DNA of 64,000 bases. Origin: a virus. Position 1 is the stretch's first letter; the number at the start of each line of letters is the position of its first letter. The stretch is taken from positions 1-64,000 of the IMG/VR virus record IMGVR_UViG_3300045922_000293; one strand, given 5' to 3'. Shown here piece by piece: positions 39,560 through 47,351 of this stretch. Position numbers and translations under genes: made by a program. The notes beneath the pieces are model-generated. The model made no database searches and was not told where the DNA came from. It worked only from the letters and a program-made list of their open reading frames with translations.

Positions 39560-40435
39560 ATGTCTAACATCGACAACAAAGTGAAGCAGCAGATCATTGC
39601 AAAGTACATCGGTACTGCGCAAGGTCGTCAGAAGCTGGCAGCGTCCATGACGAAGCCTCTACGTCAACGTCGTGACTATTCTTCAGTCGCCCGTAAGACC
39701 TTCCTCGTGGAGGATCTGCCGGACGGTGCGCTCCCTATCTATGACAAGGACCCCGATGTCGCGGCCTATGTCGTGGGGGAAGAAGGCGAAAGTATCATGA
39801 GCGTGATCAAGCCCCGCCGTGTGATCATCCCCCTGTTTGAGATCGCGTGTCTGCCTGAGATTCCTCTCACGCAAGTTAAGGAGCGCCGCTTTGATCTGAT
39901 TCAGCGTTCACAGGATCTTGGGCGCGCCCAGATTCAGGCGGCTGAGGATGAGCGCAGTTTTGCTATCATGGATGCGGTTGCGGTCAACGGTTTTGACAGC
40001 CTCCCCGGCCAGACAAACCCTGACATTCCCGTTGCGGCTCCCGTCACCTCTTCGATCCTCGCGGATGGTTTTTCCGAGATCGAGAAGCATGACCTCCGTG
40101 TTGCCCGCATTTATATGAATGCGAAGGATTACGCAGATGTCCGTAAGTTCGGCCAAGAGATCCTTGACATCCAGAGCCAAGCAGATCTTCTCAAGACGGG
40201 TCTGCAAGCCACCCTCTGGGGTGCTCAGATCATCGTCAGCCGTCTGGTGCCTATTGGCACCTTGTACATCTGTTGTGACCCTGAGATGTTTGGTCGCATC
40301 CCCGTCCGCACTGAGCTGACCGTCCTCTCCGCGGACGATCCCCGTGCCCGCACGATTGGTTTCAGTATCTTCGAGCAGCTCGGAATCGGCGCGACTAACC
40401 CCCGTGGCCTTCAGCGTTTGATCGTGAGCCGCTGA
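39560..40435 (+). CDS. major capsid protein (HK97 fold)
   Basis: GAGGAG upstream and biased codon use; GRQKLAASM...RDYSSVARK...LPDGALPIYDKD and LWGAQIIVS resemble short large-myovirus capsid proteins; follows protease and scaffold. Confidence 0.85.
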   Translation: MSNIDNKVKQQIIAKYIGTAQGRQKLAASMTKPLRQRRDYSSVARKTFLVEDLPDGALPIYDKDPDVAAYVVGEEGESIMSVIKPRRVIIPLFEIACLPEIPLTQVKERRFDLIQRSQDLGRAQIQAAEDERSFAIMDAVAVNGFDSLPGQTNPDIPVAAPVTSSILADGFSEIEKHDLRVARIYMNAKDYADVRKFGQEILDIQSQADLLKTGLQATLWGAQIIVSRLVPIGTLYICCDPEMFGRIPVRTELTVLSADDPRARTIGFSIFEQLGIGATNPRGLQRLIVSR

Positions 40436-40445
40436 TAACAGATTA

Positions 40446-40554
40446 GCTTCCCCTGACACAGTGTCGGGGAAGCGTCAGGATAGGGCTATGTATGCCCTAT
40501 CCCCCCGCCAGAGAATAAGGTCTATATGGAGCAAACCATATAGACCTTATTCTC
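40446..40554 (+). terminator. three consecutive hairpins after the capsid gene
   Basis: Hairpins at 40446-40473 and 40478-40502, and a perfect 19-bp stem GAGAATAAGGTCTATATGG/CCATATAGACCTTATTCTC at 40511-40554. Confidence 0.7.
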
Positions 40555-40700
40555 ATTTAAAGAGGTGAAAATTTCACAGGACCGCATCAAGGCTTCACCC
40601 GTGATCTTGAAATCCGCAGGCTTGGTGTAACCCCCGCTCTTGAAGGTTGTTTTGATATGCTTAATAATCACATCAAGCGGGGGCAACACTCCTGCTTCCA

Positions 40701-40732
40701 AGGGGATGAATCAGGGGATGAATCAGGGGATT
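40701..40732. repeat. 12-nt tandem repeat AGGGGATGAATC, about 2.6 copies
   Basis: AGGGGATGAATC AGGGGATGAATC AGGGGATT. Confidence 0.8.
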
Positions 40733-40823
40733 AGGTTTATTATCACTCTGCTTGTACAATGGCTGTACAGCGTCGGCTAGCGTCGTCAAATGATCCACCG
40801 TATAGGCTTTCGCCACCTTTTTC

Positions 40824-41261
40824 TCAAACATTTAAACGTTGCTTAATCAGATACATATGATTTTCGTGTGAGTTGACAAGCCCCATGAGGTAGTCATCCC
40901 ATCCCATAGACAACAGCTCACAGTCATCAAGACAATTATAACAGTCTTCAATTAAATACATGGTGCCCCGCTCAAGAATCATCGCCCCCTTCAAGACCCC
41001 TTTACCCTCAGTGTGCATGAGAATATGTGAAGTTTTGCGCATCAAGGCCCTAGGCACGATGATGTTGCCGCAAAGTTCTACGATTTTCTCAGCAAGGGTA
41101 TCAATTTCTTTGCGCTCCTCCTTATAAAGCTTCTCAAAGAGGAGATGATCGCTATAACTTGATGGCCCCGTACATTGCCAATGGGCGGCACGGTAATGTG
41201 ACGAAAGTGCCTCAAGGGCGGCGAGGAGATTGAGGAGATAAGTTTGATGGAGGGGGGTCAT
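40824..41261 (-). CDS. Dps/ferritin-like protein
   Basis: AHWQCTGPSSYSDHLLFEKLY...IDTLAEK carries the Dps ferroxidase pattern, plus HENHMY. It is the only convincing minus-strand gene. Confidence 0.82.
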   Translation of the reverse strand: MTPLHQTYLLNLLAALEALSSHYRAAHWQCTGPSSYSDHLLFEKLYKEERKEIDTLAEKIVELCGNIIVPRALMRKTSHILMHTEGKGVLKGAMILERGTMYLIEDCYNCLDDCELLSMGWDDYLMGLVNSHENHMYLIKQRLNV

Positions 41262-41293
41262 TTTGATGTCCTTGTGTTAAAGGGAGGCAATTA

Positions 41294-41303
41294 ATCTTTT
41301 TAT
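41294..41303 (+). promoter_or_regulatory. candidate late promoter motif (ATCTTTTTAT)
   Basis: Motif copy in the divergent intergenic gap, oriented toward the gene at 41363. Confidence 0.55.
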
Positions 41304-41362
41304 AAAAACATGTGTATACGGGGATAACCTATCATCACAGTGTATACTAGAAGGTGAAGACC

Positions 41363-42391
41363 ATGAAGAACGAAGCGAGTGGATTTCAGGAGTATGTTGT
41401 AAAGCTCAAGTTTTTGATTCAAGACTTGGGGGTTTTAAATGAAGGATCCATTGTCTATTACAACCCTAAAACGGGAGCCGCAGAGTACAATGGTAATTCT
41501 GTTGAGCGCCTTCCCTCTCTTCGGACCGCGATTGCTTCCGGCTGGCTCTGCGAGAAGAGTAAAGCTAATCTCCCCACTCAGGTTGTGCATGTGGGTGCGA
41601 ACGGGGAGCAGTATAAGGTCCATCGTGAGCATCAGCGGGTAGGGTCAACCCGCCGAGAGACCCGCGTGAAGAATGGGGTGGAGGAGCAGGATCTTCAAGA
41701 GGTTCAGGGCGTGCAAATCTTCTCGAAGGCGAACGCGGGCAATATCAATCTGGCCGACTCTGGGATGTCAACGTTCAAACGCGATCAGGCCAACGCCGCT
41801 GCCGCCCGTTTGAAGAATGCCCAACCGCCCATTCCCAAGATTATTTATACTGAGGGCGTGTCGATTGAGGATACGAGCAATGTTCGCAATCTTCAAAAAG
41901 ATGCGACTTATGTGGAGGGTGTGACGATTCATAACACCTCGGGCACGATGCGCCGCTCTGCTGCGCCGTCCAGCCCTGATTATTGGGATGGAGGCAGCGC
42001 CCGTGATGTCGTAGGTACCGTATCTAGGGGAAAGTTTACCCCTAAGTATGCGGTAGAAGCCCCCCCTGAAGACGATCAAGAAGACAAAGGTTCTTTTGAG
42101 GAAGAGATAAAGGCCCCTGAGCCATCTTCTTATCTCAGCTCTGAAGATCTTGAAGACAGGATGGGGATCATTCTCGCCGCGCTCCCGAATGCACATCTTG
42201 AGGATGTGAAGCTCAAGGTGGCTATTTTGCGCGCTCTTGTGCCCGGCTTCCCCGAGTGGGATGCAAGGGTTCACTGGAAGACGAAGGTGAAGGAGTATCA
42301 TAACTCAATTGAGGGGTATCCCGAGCGCGTTGCCGCGCTGCGGGTGATTGAGCCCGCGAAGTTTTGGGACAAGGTCGAAAAGGGATTTTAA
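41363..42391 (+). CDS. hypothetical protein
   Basis: AGGTGA before ATG 41363; internal duplication YTEGVSIEDTS / YVEGVTIHNTS. Confidence 0.75.
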   Translation: MKNEASGFQEYVVKLKFLIQDLGVLNEGSIVYYNPKTGAAEYNGNSVERLPSLRTAIASGWLCEKSKANLPTQVVHVGANGEQYKVHREHQRVGSTRRETRVKNGVEEQDLQEVQGVQIFSKANAGNINLADSGMSTFKRDQANAAAARLKNAQPPIPKIIYTEGVSIEDTSNVRNLQKDATYVEGVTIHNTSGTMRRSAAPSSPDYWDGGSARDVVGTVSRGKFTPKYAVEAPPEDDQEDKGSFEEEIKAPEPSSYLSSEDLEDRMGIILAALPNAHLEDVKLKVAILRALVPGFPEWDARVHWKTKVKEYHNSIEGYPERVAALRVIEPAKFWDKVEKGF

Positions 42392-42394
42392 AGG

Positions 42395-43000
42395 ATGAAA
42401 AAGCGTTCACGTGTTATTGACGCGCCTGTTGAGCGTCAGAAATTAGAGATGATGTTGCAGATCATCTTAGATGCTCATGAACACACGGTTCAGTTGATGA
42501 ATCATGTGGACGCTATTTCAGATAAGATCGAGAAGAGTGACCACAAAGATCATTTTTATGCTGAAGCGGGGGATGTGATCGTACAGAGCCCCCGTTTTCT
42601 GCAAGATCTTCGTGGATGTATTAGCGCCCTTGAAGTCATGATTCTTGACACCCTTCGCCCCCATGCCCGCGAGTCCATGCCAAGATTACACAGGGATCGA
42701 TGGAAAAAGCTACATAATAAAAAATCACATTCACATCTGCCCGGGGATCCATTCAAATCAAATCAACTCCCAAATAACAGGACAGTTGCGGAGAAATTCT
42801 ATTTCAACACGCTTAATGACGGGGGGTCATCTGTACAGGATGAATCCATGCGGTCCCCCGATGAATCCATTTATGAACAGTCAAGCGCCTATAGTTTAGC
42901 TAAAGACCAATCACGATCCCATTCAGATTGGCGTGACTGGTCAGAATTGAACGTGTCTTATAATCCATCCACCTCTATCCCAAAGAATATAAGACGATGA
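42395..43000 (+). CDS. hypothetical protein
   Basis: 201-aa ORF in the operon. Confidence 0.7.
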   Translation: MKKRSRVIDAPVERQKLEMMLQIILDAHEHTVQLMNHVDAISDKIEKSDHKDHFYAEAGDVIVQSPRFLQDLRGCISALEVMILDTLRPHARESMPRLHRDRWKKLHNKKSHSHLPGDPFKSNQLPNNRTVAEKFYFNTLNDGGSSVQDESMRSPDESIYEQSSAYSLAKDQSRSHSDWRDWSELNVSYNPSTSIPKNIRR

Positions 43001-43392
43001 AGCATACTTTAGCCTGTACCTTTTGTGGGTCTTCTCAAACCCTTCATATGAGGGTACAAGAATTTAATGAGGTCAAAGAATCCGGCATTCCGTGTGTGGC
43101 CTGCCAAGCAGGTAGATGCTACCCCGTATTTAAGCCTCGCGCTTTGAGCATAGGCATGGTGGGCGATGCATGGTCGGATAAGAATTTAAAAGAGAAGGAA
43201 TATAGAGCACAACGATCATCTTATCTGGGAAAGAAGCAGCGGGATAGTCATTTTGTGCCTACGCTACAGCCTAATTATAACGGTGAAGAGACGGGAACCT
43301 GGCGTGATGCAATGGAAGTTGCTTCAAAAGACGATAAAGATATCACGGGTTATGTGCCGCTTGTAGCGAAAGAGGGGGATGCATCATCATGA
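42997..43392 (+). CDS. FmdB-like zinc-ribbon protein
   Basis: N-terminal CTFC...CVAC. Confidence 0.65.
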   Translation: MKHTLACTFCGSSQTLHMRVQEFNEVKESGIPCVACQAGRCYPVFKPRALSIGMVGDAWSDKNLKEKEYRAQRSSYLGKKQRDSHFVPTLQPNYNGEETGTWRDAMEVASKDDKDITGYVPLVAKEGDASS

Positions 43393-44030
43393 CACAGCAG
43401 CGTTTCATGAGCCTGTACAGACGATCCGAGGGCTTAATAGACTTACTAATTCCTGATCGTCTTGATCTCACAACGGGAACAGAATACGCCGAATCTTATG
43501 ATATTCTTCATGCTCCTAATTGGGATCAAGCTTTTGTACCATTAGAGCAGGGGGTCATATGCGGGATCGGGTTCACATCCCCAAGTGTCCCCTATGCCCA
43601 ACGTCTTACGGCGGGGGGTGGTGCTCCTTTTCGCGGGAAGACGCGTGTGGTCTTGGTTTTAGAGGATTATGCACTTTTAGAGAATGATCTTCAATTTTTT
43701 CAAATCCAAGCAAATTACCCTACACAACCCCCTGATTTAAGTCCTATTCATGTGATTGCTACGTCTAATCAGTATAGGGTCAGAAATGCGGGGCTTGTGT
43801 TAAGTGGTGCCGTCTCCGCCCCCACGGTTTTGGAATTGCCTGCATTGTGCTCAGGGGGTCAGTTTCTCGTGACCGCCGGAACGGCTTTGGCTCAATTTGG
43901 TAAGGGGGCTGGCGTGGTCACCATTTCATCGGGGGTGTTTTATAGTAATTTCGGGGGTCAATTCTCTCAAATGACTTTAGACGGGGGTGCGACTTTATCC
44001 GCATCACTTGTGATGAATCCTTTAAAGTGA
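43389..44030 (+). CDS. hypothetical beta-rich protein, probably structural
   Basis: G/T/V-rich 213-aa ORF. Confidence 0.7.
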   Translation: MTQQRFMSLYRRSEGLIDLLIPDRLDLTTGTEYAESYDILHAPNWDQAFVPLEQGVICGIGFTSPSVPYAQRLTAGGGAPFRGKTRVVLVLEDYALLENDLQFFQIQANYPTQPPDLSPIHVIATSNQYRVRNAGLVLSGAVSAPTVLELPALCSGGQFLVTAGTALAQFGKGAGVVTISSGVFYSNFGGQFSQMTLDGGATLSASLVMNPLK

Positions 44031-44032
44031 GG

Positions 44033-44042
44033 ATCTTTTAAT
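44033..44042 (+). promoter_or_regulatory. candidate late promoter motif (ATCTTTTAAT)
   Basis: Intergenic motif copy. Confidence 0.55.
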
Positions 44043-44126
44043 TTAGTGTGAGTAAAAGATCGTGATTTCTTTAAGTAGACTTGTTTTGTAGACGCGTTCT
44101 ATAACGTTCCTAAAGAGAGTGGTATC

Positions 44127-44753
44127 ATGGCAAAGCTCAGGCTTATTCACACCCGCACTTCCCCAAGCGTGGTTTATTTGACAGACGTGGACAGCGGGCT
44201 CTCGAATGAGTCGATGCCTGCTCGTCTTTTGAAGCAAGATGTGTACATCCCGTTTAATCTTACAAATCTTGTAGGCACAGGACCTGTTCTGCGTGTTATG
44301 GATCCCACGACCCCTGGGTTTGTGGATCTTGTTCTGTCTGATAAGGTTGTGTTATCTTACGATCGGGGCGTGATCAGGTCGCATGTCGATAACGGGTTGT
44401 TGCAAGATGTGCTGTTGCCTGAGGGTTTTGATGATACCGTGACTGTTGCAACAGCGACGCATGATACGGATACAGATGCGACAAGCGCCGTGGATGATGG
44501 CCTGATTACGATTACAGGCACAAACTTTGTGTCCACCGCACCTTTTCATACTTCCGTAACCATTGTGGCAGGCACGGTGTCCCAGACGTTTACGCAGGAC
44601 GCCATTGTTCTAGGGGGTGGCACGGTGACGGCGACCCAGATTACGATCCCCGTGGCAGTCCACGGTCTGGCAACGGACGGTACGGAGGACGCTACGAGCG
44701 TGACGGTATCCGCGAATGCTCAGAATGTGACATTAGCTGTGACTGTGATTTAA
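44127..44753 (+). CDS. structural protein with a C-terminal IPT/Ig-like domain
   Basis: ITITGTNF...TATQITIPV...VTVSAN is IPT-like; the N-terminal domain is paralogous to the next gene. Confidence 0.65.
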   Translation: MAKLRLIHTRTSPSVVYLTDVDSGLSNESMPARLLKQDVYIPFNLTNLVGTGPVLRVMDPTTPGFVDLVLSDKVVLSYDRGVIRSHVDNGLLQDVLLPEGFDDTVTVATATHDTDTDATSAVDDGLITITGTNFVSTAPFHTSVTIVAGTVSQTFTQDAIVLGGGTVTATQITIPVAVHGLATDGTEDATSVTVSANAQNVTLAVTVI

Positions 44754-44800
44754 CAGGTCTTTGATGTAGGAAAATCGGATAGACAAGAGGAGATTTCAAA

Positions 44801-45214
44801 ATGGCTCGTATTACCGTAATTGATAGTGATGTAAAGGCAAGTATTTATCTTCAGGATCTTGAGCGCAGGCAGCGTCAGACGATCTTCCCCCCGGGGCAGG
44901 ATCAATATATCCGCCCTATTGATCTTGCTGCACTTCAGGCAAAGCTCGATGCGTTGGGCAGTGCAGTGCTAGCAGCGGCCTTTGTTGCTGCGACCGTGGA
45001 TGTGGATGATATCAGTCTTGCGACCCTTGAGGCTGAGGCAGGTGTTGTGTTGACCCCTGAGCAAGCCCAAGAGCTTCAAGATGTGCTCAGTGCTCGCATC
45101 GTTGAGACGGGGAATTTTCTTCTATCCTTTGATCGTGGTCAGATTTCAAAACTCATTGAGCAGGGCACAGTCAAGGTCTTCACCGAGAACGGATCGGGTC
45201 TTTTTGTGCTTTGA
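44801..45214 (+). CDS. probable structural protein, paralog of the 44127 N-terminal domain
   Basis: GAGGAG upstream; IYLQDLE, QDQYI and LSFDRGQI. Confidence 0.7.
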   Translation: MARITVIDSDVKASIYLQDLERRQRQTIFPPGQDQYIRPIDLAALQAKLDALGSAVLAAAFVAATVDVDDISLATLEAEAGVVLTPEQAQELQDVLSARIVETGNFLLSFDRGQISKLIEQGTVKVFTENGSGLFVL

Positions 45215-45378
45215 TGACCCTCCCCTCCCGCGATATTCATGAGGGAGGGAATGTGTGCAATCGTATCCCTCTCGCTTTCATACTAGTTCCTTAACTTTTT
45301 GCCAATGTGTCTCTTGATCTTCCCTTGGATATGAAGGCTATAAGGGTAGTCACGTAAGACGATTAAGAGGTTGAAAAG

Positions 45379-45627
45379 ATGTCTATGTCAAAGCGCGTAG
45401 CGCGGTTATATTTGAAGCGTGCTTACGAGGCACGAGGCGCTCTTGAGAAGGTCATCGGCAAAATGGTATCACGCCAATATGGTTTGACGGATCAGCCTCA
45501 GGAATTTTTTGACGATGTGAAGCAGATCGTTTATGATACGCTGGGTACACAAGATATTGATCTATCTGATCCTATGGTGTATGATGATATTCAGCGTGCT
45601 ATTGTTGAAGTGCTTAATCAGGACTGA
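45379..45627 (+). CDS. small hypothetical protein
   Basis: GAGG upstream; leader MSMSKRVARLYLKRA. Confidence 0.7.
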   Translation: MSMSKRVARLYLKRAYEARGALEKVIGKMVSRQYGLTDQPQEFFDDVKQIVYDTLGTQDIDLSDPMVYDDIQRAIVEVLNQD

Positions 45628-45678
45628 TTCACCTCCTCAAGAGGCGTCCATGGTGTAGAAAAAACCCGAAAGTGTGAT

Positions 45679-45729
45679 ATAAGGGCGTTTAGGTCAGGGG
45701 GAATAATCCCGAATCCTAAGCGCCCTTAT
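45679..45729 (+). promoter_or_regulatory. long stem-loop just upstream of the IntC gene ribosome-binding site, overlapping a TGATATAAG extended -10-like element
   Basis: ATAAGGGCGTTTAGG (45679-45693) pairs with CCTAAGCGCCCTTAT (45715-45729) with one G-U; inner GGGA/TCCC stem; GAGGT at 45736. Confidence 0.6.
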
Positions 45730-45749
45730 TTCGATGAGGTCAAACGATC

Positions 45750-46148
45750 ATGAGTCTTACTAAAGAGCAACGTGACAAGATCAACAAGGCTTTTTGGACA
45801 AAGTCTTTGAAGGTCAGATCCGCGACGAAAGACGGCGTGAAATGGATGCTTGTCAAGGATATCATGCGTCATGAAACACTACACAAGCCCCTTGTAAGGG
45901 TGTCCCTACGTGACGGGCGTCGCGTGACCTGTACACACGATCACAGCCTTATTTCACCGGATCTGACACCTCTCCAAGCCTCAACTGCGAGGGTAGGGGA
46001 TTACATTTTAGCGACCATGCCTGATGGTTTTCTGGGCTCGTGTAGGATTGTGAGTGTAGAATCTGTGAATCCGCACTTCTTCACCTATGATCTTTGTGTG
46101 CCGGGTCCAGAGAATTTCATCTTATCCAATGGGATTGTGGCACACAAT
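45750..46148 (+). mobile_element. intein C fragment (IntC)
   Basis: Ends His-Asn (CAC AAT, 46143-46148) followed by Ser+1 (TCA); no homing endonuclease domain. Confidence 0.9.
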
Positions 46149-46376
46149 TCATACTCCATTGGGGGTATTAGTTTAGATTTGAACAAATCTTCTCAATATG
46201 AAAGTTTGAAGGGGAATGCGGAGCAGCAGCTTGATAAGATGCTTGAGTCTAAGAGCCGCACTGTGAAGATCATGCGTGGCTTGAAGCAGAGTCGCTACGG
46301 AATTGGAGTGAGATCAGCTTTTGGCCCCGCGCTCAGTGGAGGCAACATCACCCCAAGAAAGTACTTAGGATTTTAA
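45750..46376 (+). CDS. split-intein C fragment (133 aa) fused to the 75-aa C-extein of a probable head-tail adaptor
   Basis: Block B GRRVTCTHDHSL, block F TYDLCVPGPENFILSNG and block G IVAHN followed by Ser. No block A at the N-terminus. Confidence 0.9.
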   Translation: MSLTKEQRDKINKAFWTKSLKVRSATKDGVKWMLVKDIMRHETLHKPLVRVSLRDGRRVTCTHDHSLISPDLTPLQASTARVGDYILATMPDGFLGSCRIVSVESVNPHFFTYDLCVPGPENFILSNGIVAHNSYSIGGISLDLNKSSQYESLKGNAEQQLDKMLESKSRTVKIMRGLKQSRYGIGVRSAFGPALSGGNITPRKYLGF

Positions 46377-46385
46377 ACTTTTTAT
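46376..46385 (+). promoter_or_regulatory. candidate late promoter motif (AACTTTTTAT)
   Basis: Motif copy at the start of the 41-nt gap between the two split-intein genes. Confidence 0.5.
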
Positions 46386-46417
46386 GGCATTTCTAACAAA
46401 AAGCAAGGTGTGGGGTC

Positions 46418-47188
46418 ATGTCAGCAGTCTTCGTCAGGGGTAGCGCGATAGGCAGGGGGGATTTAGAGTTGTTTACAGTAGACAACGCGAATTTGCCTGC
46501 GAATGTGTTTGAAATCAGCTACGCCATTTATGATGTGACTACGGGGGTTGAGGTCTTGATAGGGTCAAGTGCCCGCACCCCTATCAATCCCGATGTAGGG
46601 GAATATTACGCCGCGCTTGAAATCCCCGCAAATGCGAGGACAGGCCTTTATCGCATAAGGTGGCGTTTGCGTGAAACCGCGACGGCTACAGAGATCGTGG
46701 TCGTGGAAGAATTCACGGTATTAGAAAATCAAACCGTGAATCCTTTAAGTTTGTATTCCCCTATTACCTTGGACATGGTGAGAAGGCTTCGTATTTTGCT
46801 CCGAGATAACTCTCCCGACAGAAATTATCGGTTCAGACCCCCAACGCATGAAGAGACAATCAATCGTTTTAATCGCGTGTTTGGTTATATTTGGGAGGAT
46901 TATGAGCTGGTGGAGTATATGGAGCGCGGGGTTGACTTTGTGAATCTAAGCCCCCCCGAAACACATTTTAATACAATTGATCTTATGGTACAAGCGAAGC
47001 CTGCGTGGCGTCAAATGATCCTCATGGCGGCGATGGCCCATGCCCTGATGGCCTTGAGTATCAATTGGGTATCCGAAGAGTTTTCGTTGATTGGGAGTGA
47101 AGAGATTGACATAGATGTGGACGGGGAGATCATTCGGTGTAGGCTTGATGATCTCTTTGATGCTGTATATTCACATGAAGATGCTTAA
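46418..47188 (+). CDS. N-extein (222 aa) of a probable head-tail adaptor fused to a split-intein N fragment (34 aa)
   Basis: Ig-like N-domain, then a helical adaptor-like region (VRRLRILLRD...IWEDYEL), ending NWVSEEF / SLIGSEEIDIDVDGEIIRCRLDDLFDAVYSHEDA. Confidence 0.82.
   Translation: MSAVFVRGSAIGRGDLELFTVDNANLPANVFEISYAIYDVTTGVEVLIGSSARTPINPDVGEYYAALEIPANARTGLYRIRWRLRETATATEIVVVEEFTVLENQTVNPLSLYSPITLDMVRRLRILLRDNSPDRNYRFRPPTHEETINRFNRVFGYIWEDYELVEYMERGVDFVNLSPPETHFNTIDLMVQAKPAWRQMILMAAMAHALMALSINWVSEEFSLIGSEEIDIDVDGEIIRCRLDDLFDAVYSHEDA
47084..47185 (+). mobile_element. intein N fragment (IntN)
   Basis: SLIGSEEIDI fits block A ([C/S]hxGD/SxxIxI), followed by the usual xRLDDLF strand-helix; strongly acidic. 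Confidence 0.8.
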
Positions 47189-47351
47189 ATGAAGGGTTTA
47201 GATCCCCATGCAAAGATCATCCTAGCTAACATGTTCCATATGAAGATGGCCTCTCTTAGCTCCCCCCTGAATTGGCTCAGCCTTCACGTCCCCTCTCCGC
47301 TCCCGTGGTCCCCGCGCGCATTCTTTCTCTCAAGAGTGAGGTAGTTGTAAG

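Noticed and set aside
34440-40823. tRNA genes in the larger intergenic gaps
   Set aside because: No cloverleaf or T-loop GTTCRA pattern recognised by eye; tRNAscan-SE would settle it.
45750-46376. Stand-alone Hint/BIL auto-cleaving domain or degraded intein
   Set aside because: The missing block A fragment is at the end of the adjacent gene, the catalytic residues are intact, and the exteins join into a plausible continuous protein.
47189-47344. 51-aa ORF starting immediately after the IntN stop codon, in the same frame
   Set aside because: No intein motifs and a Pro/Ser-rich tail; readthrough would not supply IntC, and expression cannot be supported.
45379-47351. Free-standing homing endonuclease associated with the split intein
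   Set aside because: No LAGLIDADG, HNH or GIY-YIG motif in the intein or flanking ORFs.
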